From positions 1 to 41,619 of IMG/VR virus record IMGVR_UViG_3300024181_000010: a stretch of 41,619 bases of DNA; one strand, 5' to 3'. The position numbers and the translations under genes are program-made. Of the stretch, positions 1 to 7,175 are shown piece after piece. Source of the DNA: a virus (taxonomy: Duplodnaviria; Caudoviricetes). Under the pieces are notes generated by a model. It searched no databases. It was not told where the DNA came from and saw only the letters and a list, made by a program, of their open reading frames with translations. Numbering within the stretch: the stretch's first letter is position 1; the number at the start of each line of letters is the position of its first letter.

Positions 1-146
1 ACACGGACGTGCTGGTCAGGCAGCTCGAGGCGACGGTTCGCCTCATTGTGGCCGGTCATCACGTATACGCAAATGTTCTGACCATCGGAGTGGTCAAGGC
101 GGACCGCGACGAGACGCATGCGGACATCATCATCGGCAGCGTGCAG
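1..146. repeat. Terminal direct repeat, left copy (circular overlap with 41474-41619)
   Basis: 21-146 is identical to 41494-41619; 1-20 differs from 41474-41493 at positions 10, 11 and 20. Confidence 0.95.
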
Positions 147-1649
147 ACCCTGGCTCGTCCGGAGCGGCGCGCCCGGATCGCCGATGTGGGCCTGGTGATC
201 GTGGACGAGGCGCATCACGCGGCGGCGGCGTCGTACCAGGAGATCCTGCGGCACTTCAACGCGATGTGCTCTTGCCCGACCACGTATGCCACGTACGAGG
301 GACCGGAGCGGGACTGTCCGGAACATGGTGACGGTAGCGTTCCGCCCACCCCCGCTCTCGGCTTCACGGCCACCCTGGAACGCGGCGACGGCGCCGGCCT
401 GGGCGGCGTGTGGCAGGACGTGGCGTTCACCCGTGACATCTCCTGGGCGGTCCGCAAGGGCTATCTCGTGCAGCCGATCGGGTACCGGCTGGAGATCGAT
501 GTCCGGGACATGATCGATGTCACGCCCATCAACCGCCCTGGACCTGAATACATGCCCGGTGGGGCGGGAGTCATGGCTTCCGGAGTGGACAAGCTGGACA
601 GGCAGCTCATGGACTGCATGGCCCCGGAGAAGATCGTCGAGAAGTGGCTCGAGCTGGCCAAGGATCGCAAGACGATTGCCTTCATGCCGCTGGTGCGGTC
701 GGCCGTTGCCCTTTCTGCAGAGTTTCACAAAGTCGGCATCGATGCCGCGTGGATCTCCGGTGACATGGACCCGATGACTCGGCGCGCCGTCGTGCGGGAC
801 TACCGCGACGGCCGGATCCAAGTCCTTTGCAACGCCATGGTGCTCACCGAGGGGTTCGACGATCCGGCCACTTCCTGCGTCATCGTGGGCCGGCCCACCA
901 AGAGCCGCTCCCTGTTCATCCAGATGGCAGGTCGCGGCCTGCGCCCGGTGCCCGGCGTTCCGGTGGAGGACCAGGACTGCATCCTGATCTCCTTGGCCGA
1001 CGCCACCACCGATCTGTGCAGCATCGCGGATCTCTCCGATCGGCTGACCGACCGCAAGGCGGACGGCGCGCTGACGGCCATGGAGGACGAGTACGACATC
1101 GGCCGTGACCTCGAGGACGCGGCGCGGCACTGGACCGGCAAGGTGGACGCGACGCAGTTCGATCCGATCGTTGCCGCGCGCAGCAAGGTCTGGGCGCGCA
1201 CCAAGGGCGGGTATTGGTTCCTGCCGATCTCCAAGGATCGGGAGTACGTATTCCTGATGGATAGTCCGGACGGAAATACGGACATCTACGTATTGACACG
1301 ACCGGAGCCGGTGATCCAGCCGGGACGGGTACTGGTCCTGAACGCGGCGACCGTGCCCGATCAGGAGTTGGCGTTCTCGCTCGCTGAGGATGAGGCGGCC
1401 GAGCGCGGCGGGGATGTGGGTGCCCTGCTGGCCGATCGGACGCGGGCGTGGCGCAAGCAGGTGCCGAAGCCCGGTAGCCCGATGCTGGCGTACGCATCGC
1501 GGCTGGGCCTGGATAGCGAGGTGGCCCGGATCATGGATGCGCCGGCCGGTGGCAAGGCGGGGAAGGTGTCCGACCTCATCCGCCGAGTGGAGGCGTCGCG
1601 GTCGATCGACAAAGCGGCAGAGCAGATCAAGGAGAGGCAGAAGGCATGA
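1..1649 (+). CDS. SF2 (DEAH-box) DNA helicase, 3' part; gene starts at 41281 and crosses the contig join (about 613 aa)
   Basis: Motif II VIVDEAHH, motif III GFTAT, motif V VLTEGFD, motif VI QMAGRGLR; Walker A lies in the 41281-41619 part, in frame. Confidence 0.9.
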   Translation, partial: TDVLVRQLEATVRLIVAGHHVYANVLTIGVVKADRDETHADIIIGSVQTLARPERRARIADVGLVIVDEAHHAAAASYQEILRHFNAMCSCPTTYATYEGPERDCPEHGDGSVPPTPALGFTATLERGDGAGLGGVWQDVAFTRDISWAVRKGYLVQPIGYRLEIDVRDMIDVTPINRPGPEYMPGGAGVMASGVDKLDRQLMDCMAPEKIVEKWLELAKDRKTIAFMPLVRSAVALSAEFHKVGIDAAWISGDMDPMTRRAVVRDYRDGRIQVLCNAMVLTEGFDDPATSCVIVGRPTKSRSLFIQMAGRGLRPVPGVPVEDQDCILISLADATTDLCSIADLSDRLTDRKADGALTAMEDEYDIGRDLEDAARHWTGKVDATQFDPIVAARSKVWARTKGGYWFLPISKDREYVFLMDSPDGNTDIYVLTRPEPVIQPGRVLVLNAATVPDQELAFSLAEDEAAERGGDVGALLADRTRAWRKQVPKPGSPMLAYASRLGLDSEVARIMDAPAGGKAGKVSDLIRRVEASRSIDKAAEQIKERQKA

Positions 1650-1828
1650 GGTTCATCCGCGACGGAGATGGAGATCTCTACATCGAGATTCCCGGACGGC
1701 CGGGACGCTTCGCGCAGGCCGGTGACTTCATTCGCGGCAAGAAGTACGTGGAGCAGTACAACTACTCCGAGGGTGAGGTGGCCGAGGATGGGCCGCTCGA
1801 AGTCGAATGGGAGGTGAAGGAGGCATGA
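1646..1828 (+). CDS. Hypothetical protein (60 aa)
   Basis: ATGA overlaps with both neighbours. Confidence 0.7.
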   Translation: MRFIRDGDGDLYIEIPGRPGRFAQAGDFIRGKKYVEQYNYSEGEVAEDGPLEVEWEVKEA

Positions 1829-2109
1829 CCAAGCGACGGTGCTGGACGTGCAACACCGAACATGACCTTGACGAGGCGTGCCCGAATTCGGGGATCGCCC
1901 GGTCCCGGCAGGAAGCTACCGGATCCATGCGCAGCATGGTCGATGACGCCGGCCCGGTAGGCGGATTCGGTCCGGTCTTCGCGGCCACGTACGAGAGCGA
2001 GTGCCCGTCCTGCGATGAACGGATCCTGCCGGGCGAGGACATCCGCGCCGACGGCCAGGGCGGCTACATCCATGCGGACACCCAATGCGAGAGGATCGCG
2101 AGATCATGA
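1825..2109 (+). CDS. Small Zn-finger-like protein
   Basis: GGAGG RBS and ATG at 1825; CWTC...H...C and CPSC...H...C motifs. Confidence 0.7.
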   Translation: MTKRRCWTCNTEHDLDEACPNSGIARSRQEATGSMRSMVDDAGPVGGFGPVFAATYESECPSCDERILPGEDIRADGQGGYIHADTQCERIARS

Positions 2110-2312
2110 TCGGTACGTGGCGACAGCAGCAGGCGATCGAGGGATTTCAGGACGCCCTCGCGGATCAAGGCGCGCAGGTGATCGAGATGGCCACCACCGT
2201 CAAGATCACGCAGGACGCGCTGGACGCCATGGACGAGAAGGTCATGGCGGGCGACATCCATGGCGGCGCGATCGCGCTCCTGAAAGCGCTGGGTTTCGAG
2301 GTTGTTCAGTGA
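2106..2312 (+). CDS. Hypothetical protein
   Basis: ATGA/GTGA coupling with neighbours. Confidence 0.65.
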   Translation: MIGTWRQQQAIEGFQDALADQGAQVIEMATTVKITQDALDAMDEKVMAGDIHGGAIALLKALGFEVVQ

Positions 2313-3211
2313 CTGACGACCTGTTCGACGATCCCGAGGTCCCGAAGTACGGGCTTGACCGGGCACTCGGCCGCTACCGCTTCCCGCCCCCGCCCGGCGT
2401 GCCCGCACCTGCCAGGAACAACGGGTGGCGCCGCACGACGAACCTGGTCAAGGCCTTCTCGGACCAGTACCGCCTGCAGCTCTGGCTGGAGCGGATGACC
2501 GTGCTTGGCCTGCTGGCCAATGACGGCCTGCTGTTCGATGAGCTGGCCGCGTCCGGGATCGAGTACCTGCCCGCGGACGTGCAGGCCAAGGCGCTGCGCG
2601 ACTGGGCGGAGAAGGCGCGCAGCGCGGTAGGCGCGGACAAGGGCGCGCGTAAGGGGACGGCACGGCACAACGTGCTCGAGCACTACATCATGGCCGGCGA
2701 GGTCATCGGCCATCGGCGCATGCAGCTCCAGATGGCTGAGCTGGTCGACGTGATGGACCGTAAAGGCTTCGAGTTCATCCCCGGCACCCAGGAGAACTTC
2801 ATCTGGCACCCGGCCGCGGGCGGCGTGATGGGCAAGCGCGACGCGCGCTTCCTGTGCACCCGTACCGGCCAGGTGGGCACGATCGACCTGAAGACGCAAC
2901 AAGCGTTCTGGACGTACCAGGAGCACGCCGGCCAGCAGACGATCTACGACACTGCGCCGTGGGCGTGGGAAGGGCCGCTGTCGGACGAGGGCCGGTGGGT
3001 ACCGCAGGAGGCCGGCACGTACGTCGGGCGCGACGCAGGCATCTGCCCGGGCAAGCCTGCCGCGCTGCTGATCCACATGCCGAGCAAGGGTGGCCCGGTG
3101 GAGCTGCACGAGCTTGACCTCGAGTACGGGGCGCGCGTGGTCGATGAGGCGGAGCGGATCGTAAGCCTGCGCACCGAGGGTACGAAGGTCGGCGGAATCT
3201 GCCCGGACTGA
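2309..3211 (+). CDS. PD-(D/E)XK exonuclease (RecB/Cas4-like phage recombination nuclease)
   Basis: GTG at 2309 overlaps the previous stop; GTARH...E...GKRD...IDLKT...Q..IY motif order. Confidence 0.75.
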   Translation: MTDDLFDDPEVPKYGLDRALGRYRFPPPPGVPAPARNNGWRRTTNLVKAFSDQYRLQLWLERMTVLGLLANDGLLFDELAASGIEYLPADVQAKALRDWAEKARSAVGADKGARKGTARHNVLEHYIMAGEVIGHRRMQLQMAELVDVMDRKGFEFIPGTQENFIWHPAAGGVMGKRDARFLCTRTGQVGTIDLKTQQAFWTYQEHAGQQTIYDTAPWAWEGPLSDEGRWVPQEAGTYVGRDAGICPGKPAALLIHMPSKGGPVELHELDLEYGARVVDEAERIVSLRTEGTKVGGICPD

Positions 3212-3215
3212 GGGG

Positions 3216-3245
3216 TTGACGGGGCAGAGACAGGCTTGCTATAGT
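3216..3245 (+). promoter_or_regulatory. Sigma70/HrdB-type promoter driving the non-coding region
   Basis: TTGACG (3216-21), 18 bp, TG-extended TATAGT (3240-45); same architecture as other promoters in this genome, but no start codon follows. Confidence 0.8.
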
Positions 3246-3251
3246 TATCTC

Positions 3252-3890
3252 GTAAGGCAAGAGCGGGACAAGCGCAGTCGAGTATCCGAACGTGGACGCT
3301 CCGGGACACTAGGACTCCCAGGCTGACGCTCCGGACAGATCATCCGGGATGCTGGTGGAAGTCCAGACGCTCAGCACGAAACCGGTGGAGGTCGAGCCTC
3401 CCGGGAGAGTCAGGGAGTAGTCCCGCTCCCGGGCAAGAGTGAGTGCCCTGGTCTGCGTATCAAACTGACCAGTGCGCGAATCGCTCCGCCGGTGCAAGGC
3501 TCCTGACATTCTCGGTGGAGAGAACCACCCGGCAGGGTGGACCGGTTCGAGTCCGGGCAGGGGCACGGAATACGGATAGGGCTCCTGGTCAGGACTCGAC
3601 TCCGGGCAACAGATCGGCTCACCAGGTGGTGCCTGAGCAAACAGGGCGTTGACCGCGTCAATGTGCGAGGGGCATGTGCGGGGATCGTTACCCCGTCCGA
3701 TCGCGATCAAGTAGTGACCGCACCACGTCGCAGTCTCGAAGGTGAGCGGGAGCGAACGATCGCCGAGGACGGAAGGCAGATGCCGTGACGGATCGGAGAG
3801 ACGATCACGAGGGGCGGCGCGGGCGAGAGCCACAACCGTATTGGACCCGCTGCAAACGCATGACGCGGCATGGGCCGCCCCTCACCAATC
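3252..3890 (+). ncRNA. Candidate large structured ncRNA with tRNA-like modules (ends approximate)
   Basis: Gap of about 700 bp with no credible CDS; long-range helices 3261-69/3420-28 (9 bp) and 3809-18/3874-83 (10 bp), many local hairpins, T-loop-like arms at 3542-56 and 3678-96. Confidence 0.65.
3499..3565 (+). ncRNA. tRNA-like cloverleaf without a 7-nt anticodon loop
   Basis: Acceptor GCTCCTG/CAGGGGC, arm TTCTC-GGTGGA-GAGAA, arm CCACCC-GGCA-GGGTGG, T arm CCGG-TTCGAGT-CCGG, discriminator A. Confidence 0.6.
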
Positions 3891-3922
3891 GCATCGAATC
3901 GCATCGAATGGAGCAGCACAGA

Positions 3923-4375
3923 ATGTCCGACGAGTTCAGTATCGAGATCGAGGACGCGCAGTCCGAGTATGTCCGCATCGCGGACATCGACGGCCGCGAC
4001 GTGGTGGTCTTCCCCGCCGAGATCGGCCAGGCGAAGGGGGACGACGGCAAGCCGTACACCTTCCTGAAGGCGGACGTGATCGTCCTGAACGGGCCGGCCA
4101 CGGAGCTCATGGACGAGATCCCCTACGTGGTCTCCGGCATGCGGCTCACCTCCTCGCCGCTGGTCAACAACGGTGAGCGGATGCTCAAGAAGGGCAAGGA
4201 CAAGCCGTTCGCGGGGAAGATCAATTCCCAGAAGGGCAAGTTCGGCAACAAGGCCTACGGCGTCGTCGCCTGGGACAAGGACTCCCCGATCCGCGCGCTG
4301 GCCAACGCCGAGGCGGCAAAGTTCATCCAGAACAGGCCGTCGCTGGTCGCGGATGCCGACGAGTTCGACGACTGA
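3923..4375 (+). CDS. Putative single-stranded DNA-binding protein
   Basis: GGAG RBS then ATG 3923; beta-rich 150 aa with acidic tail DADEFDD; near the exonuclease. Confidence 0.55.
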   Translation: MSDEFSIEIEDAQSEYVRIADIDGRDVVVFPAEIGQAKGDDGKPYTFLKADVIVLNGPATELMDEIPYVVSGMRLTSSPLVNNGERMLKKGKDKPFAGKINSQKGKFGNKAYGVVAWDKDSPIRALANAEAAKFIQNRPSLVADADEFDD

Positions 4376-4393
4376 CTTTCCTCACCCCTGAAA

Positions 4394-4429
4394 GGCGATG
4401 CCCGGACCGGGAATGGTCCGGGCATCGCC
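4394..4429 (+). terminator. Stem-loop (15-bp perfect stem), probable terminator
   Basis: GGCGATGCCCGGACC-GGGAAT-GGTCCGGGCATCGCC just after the 4375 stop. Confidence 0.7.
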
Positions 4430-4448
4430 GCATCCGGAGGATGTGCGC

Positions 4449-4658
4449 ATGATCGGATTCAGGCCCTGCGGGGCGTGTGCCGCGTACGTTCCCGAGGCGT
4501 CCGGGTGCGGCCATTGGCACCCCGCGCAGAAGGCGGAGCGCGACCGGACCGGCAAGGGGCCGCAACGGGCGAACGCCAAGCGGGACCGTGACCGGGCGCG
4601 GGCGAACGCCAAGCGCGCCGTAGAGGAATTCCGCAGAACGATGACAGGAGAGACATGA
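4449..4658 (+). CDS. Small basic Cys/His protein
   Basis: GGAGG at 4436-40, ATG 4449; CGAC...CGHW then Arg-rich tail; ATGA overlap with the next gene. Confidence 0.6.
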   Translation: MIGFRPCGACAAYVPEASGCGHWHPAQKAERDRTGKGPQRANAKRDRDRARANAKRAVEEFRRTMTGET

Positions 4659-5332
4659 GCGGTATTGATGACCTACGCCCGGGCGACATCGGGTTCGGCC
4701 CCATCCGGGGCGGCGCCGGCCTGCTGGTGTCCGCCGGGCAGTTGTTGCTGGGCGAGGGGTTCCGGGTGGGCGCGCTGGACATCCGGCACGTGTTCGTGGT
4801 GGTAGAGGCGCTGCACGATGAGGGCCCATCCGCGCAGTACCCGACCGGCGTGATCAACAAAGGCAGCATCGTGGAGGCGGAGCCGGGTGGCGCCGTCGAA
4901 TCGCCGCTCATGCTGGATCACTGGACGCGGAAGTTCGCCTACGTCCGAATCCCCGAGGACTACCCCGGCCAGGCGGACGACACCGCGGCGATCGCCCGCG
5001 CGATGATCGGTACGCCGTACTCGTTCGCGTCGTATGCGGCACTGGCCGCGTGGCGGATGGGCATGAAGACGCCGAAGCTGGAACGCTGGATCAACCGGCG
5101 TGGTCCTGCGGTGGAGATCGAGACACAGCATCGCCTGAACCCGTCGCCGCTCGCCAGGGATTATCACCTCCCCCGCGAGGCCATCTGCTCCGTGCTGGCC
5201 GATCAGGCGTGGTCGCTGACCGGCAAGAAGATCATGGAGGGGGTGGCGCATCAGTGCGTGACGCCCGGTGCGCTAGCCCGACGCTTGCTGACCTATCCGG
5301 GCGCGGAGTGGATCTGGCCGGGGATCTCATGA
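4655..5332 (+). CDS. Permuted papain-like (YiiX/YebB-type NlpC/P60) cysteine hydrolase
   Basis: LRPGDIGF...RHVFVV...IVEAEPGG...IGTPYSF...ICSVLADQAW...VTPGAL; His precedes Cys. Confidence 0.75.
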   Translation: MSGIDDLRPGDIGFGPIRGGAGLLVSAGQLLLGEGFRVGALDIRHVFVVVEALHDEGPSAQYPTGVINKGSIVEAEPGGAVESPLMLDHWTRKFAYVRIPEDYPGQADDTAAIARAMIGTPYSFASYAALAAWRMGMKTPKLERWINRRGPAVEIETQHRLNPSPLARDYHLPREAICSVLADQAWSLTGKKIMEGVAHQCVTPGALARRLLTYPGAEWIWPGIS

Positions 5333-5523
5333 GTCCGGCCACGTATCTGCTGCTCGCGCTGGCGCTGTGCACGTCGTTCGGGATCGTGGCGTTTCTGATC
5401 CCGCGGGAGCCGCCCGGGGCGGTGATGCCGGAGGCGGACCACCGTGGCCGGCACCGGGCCGATGACGAAAACGGCGATACCGTCCGGTTGGCCGAGTCGC
5501 GGTTGCGGCACATCAAGCGATGA
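5329..5523 (+). CDS. Small single-TM membrane protein
   Basis: ATGA overlap; hydrophobic YLLLALALCTSFGIVAFLI. Confidence 0.65.
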   Translation: MSPATYLLLALALCTSFGIVAFLIPREPPGAVMPEADHRGRHRADDENGDTVRLAESRLRHIKR

Positions 5524-5530
5524 TCACAGT

Positions 5531-5573
5531 AAGCGGCACCTGAGCCCTTCTCCTGCTCAGGTGCCGCTTCTTT
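5531..5573 (+). terminator. Intrinsic terminator
   Basis: 15-bp stem AAGCGGCACCTGAGC/GCTCAGGTGCCGCTT followed by CTTT. Confidence 0.8.
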
Positions 5574-5585
5574 GCATTCTAGGGG

Positions 5586-5615
5586 TTGCGCCTGATCTTA
5601 TGGGCTTGCTATACT
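5586..5615 (+). promoter_or_regulatory. Promoter for a leaderless transcript starting at ATG 5622
   Basis: TTGCGC, 18 bp, TG-extended TATACT, 6 nt, ATG. Confidence 0.75.
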
Positions 5616-5621
5616 GATGTC

Positions 5622-5831
5622 ATGGCGAGAATCATCCTGAAAGGCAACGTCGCAGACGTTGAGCTGGTCACTGACTCCGAGGATGGTCAGGTGATCGCAA
5701 AGTGCGTCACCCACGACTTCGGGGCGGGCGGCGTGAAGGCGGGCGAATGCCCGTGGAGCGAGCGATACGACTGCATGGACGACGCGACCGAGTACGCCGC
5801 GGACCACGCGGACACGGGGAGGCAGTCATGA
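5622..5831 (+). CDS. Hypothetical protein (C...H...C...H pattern)
   Basis: Leaderless ATG 5622; coupled to the next gene. Confidence 0.7.
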   Translation: MARIILKGNVADVELVTDSEDGQVIAKCVTHDFGAGGVKAGECPWSERYDCMDDATEYAADHADTGRQS

Positions 5832-5989
5832 CCAAGAAGAAGTGCGAGACGAACGCGGCAGGCACGGGCAAGAGCGGATTCTCCGCCTTCTGCGCCACTG
5901 TGCACGGATTCATCAGCGGCGGCCACGCAACCGCGCAGGACGCGGCCAGGGCGGGCGAGGCACACAAGGCGAAGGGCGCGAAGAAGTGA
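5828..5989 (+). CDS. Small hypothetical protein (53 aa)
   Basis: ATGA/GTGA overlaps on both sides. Confidence 0.6.
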   Translation: MTKKKCETNAAGTGKSGFSAFCATVHGFISGGHATAQDAARAGEAHKAKGAKK

Positions 5990-6930
5990 CCAAGCTCGGC
6001 AAGCTCTGGACGGCAGGCATCGCGTACGTGTCCCTGCTGGTGGGTGCCGGTCTGTCCGTGGCCGGCAACCTCGCGGACACCTATCGCACGCGCGGCGCGG
6101 ACATCGACAACCTGGACAAGGTGATGGCCGCAGGCTGGCCGATCCTGGTGCTGCTGGCCATCGAGATGTTCGTGTCCCCGCGCTGGTCGCCCGCGCGGAT
6201 GTTCCAGGCGTGGCGCTGGATCGGCTGCCTGGCCGTCGGGGGCATGGCCATGGTGGTCTCCTGGACGCACCTGCATGACCTGATGGCCAGCCGCGGACAG
6301 CTCTACATCGTGTCCGTGCTCGGTCCGCTGGCCATCGACGGCATGGCCATCATGGCCACCGGTCTCATCCTGTCCACGCGTGTCCGCGGACATGCGCCGG
6401 ACACGGACATCCGCCAACGCGTGGCCATGACCGCGCCGGACGTGGCCACGTTCAAAGAGAAGATGTCCGCGTCCATGACCGTGGACGCGGACACCAGGGA
6501 CACGATCATGCGAGCCAACGTGGCCGCGGCCATGGCGGACACGGACATTCACTTTGACGCCGATGGACATGACCGCTGGGCGGATCTCGTGTCCGCGGAC
6601 ACGGACCTGATGTCCTGGGCGGACGGCCATGACCGCGCGGTCACGGACATGGGGCAGGAGCTGGCCACCGAGGCGGAGCGGTACGTCCAGGACATCATGT
6701 CCGCGGACACGTTGCCTACGCGGACGCGGACACCGTCCGGTGCGTCCGCACCGGCAGAGTTCGTGGCCATGGTCACGGCGTGGAATCCGATCGAGCTGGA
6801 CCGCGCGGACATGGTCAAGCTGTCCGCGGCCTACTTCGGGGTGTCCGACCGGACGGCGCGCCGCTGGCTGTCCGCGGTCACGGGCGCGCCGATGTCCGGC
6901 GCGCCTGATTCAACCACTAGTGAAAGGTGA
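5986..6930 (+). CDS. DUF2637/Spd-like membrane protein with C-terminal HTH
   Basis: About 4 N-terminal TM segments (GLSVAGN, AAGWPILVLLAIEM, VSWTHLHDL, GPLAIDGM), low-complexity linker, C-terminal LSAAYFGVSDRTARRWL. Confidence 0.7.
   Translation: MTKLGKLWTAGIAYVSLLVGAGLSVAGNLADTYRTRGADIDNLDKVMAAGWPILVLLAIEMFVSPRWSPARMFQAWRWIGCLAVGGMAMVVSWTHLHDLMASRGQLYIVSVLGPLAIDGMAIMATGLILSTRVRGHAPDTDIRQRVAMTAPDVATFKEKMSASMTVDADTRDTIMRANVAAAMADTDIHFDADGHDRWADLVSADTDLMSWADGHDRAVTDMGQELATEAERYVQDIMSADTLPTRTRTPSGASAPAEFVAMVTAWNPIELDRADMVKLSAAYFGVSDRTARRWLSAVTGAPMSGAPDSTTSER
6029..6897. repeat. Dense TGTCC/GGACA motif array (TG[TGA]CC family) within the CDS
   Basis: Hand count about 32 TGTCC/GGACA; TGTCCGCGGACA at 6381, 6590, 6698; variants at 6521 and 6869. 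Confidence 0.85.
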
Positions 6931-6935
6931 AGAGC

Positions 6936-7091
6936 ATGGCCAAGGGGACCGGCTTCGTTCCGTGCACCAACTGCGGCGGAAGTGGCGCGGTGAACACCAC
7001 CGAGATTTATAACGAGAACGGGAAGACCAAGACCAGGACCGTCCGCAAGGTCTGCACCACCTGCGGCGGCAAGGGCGGCTTCCACGTCTGA
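6936..7091 (+). CDS. 51-aa DnaJ-type zinc-finger protein (not in ORF track)
   Basis: MAKGTGFVPCTNCGGSG...VCTTCGGKGGFHV: two CxxCxGxG repeats; AAGGTGA RBS. Confidence 0.8.
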   Translation: MAKGTGFVPCTNCGGSGAVNTTEIYNENGKTKTRTVRKVCTTCGGKGGFHV

Positions 7092-7100
7092 GATGGCAGG

Positions 7101-7137
7101 AAGCCCCGGAGCGGCAGGAGTGCTCCGGGGCTTTCTT
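7101..7137. terminator. Probable bidirectional terminator between convergent genes
   Basis: AAGCCCCGGAGC/GCTCCGGGGCTT stem followed by TCTT. Confidence 0.75.
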
Positions 7138-7175
7138 GCGGAGGTGGTGCGATGCAAATCGAGGCGAGTCTCAGC

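Noticed and set aside
1-20. Diversity-generating retroelement TR/VR pair suggested by the end mismatches
   Set aside because: No reverse transcriptase, one mismatch is not at an adenine, and the repeat is simply the contig overlap.
2309-3211. Cas4 as part of a CRISPR adaptation module
   Set aside because: No four-Cys Fe-S pattern, no cas1/cas2, and the context is phage recombination.
3250-3910. CRISPR array or regular repeat-spacer array
   Set aside because: The recurring GGCAA(G/C)AG and CTCCGGG words are short and degenerate, no 25-45 bp repeats recur, and no cas genes are present.
3309-3922. ORFs 3309-3833(-), 3443-3652(+), 3537-3788(+) and the 3785 start of the SSB-like gene
   Set aside because: No RBS or recognisable motifs, they overlap strong RNA helices, and ATG 3923 has a proper RBS.
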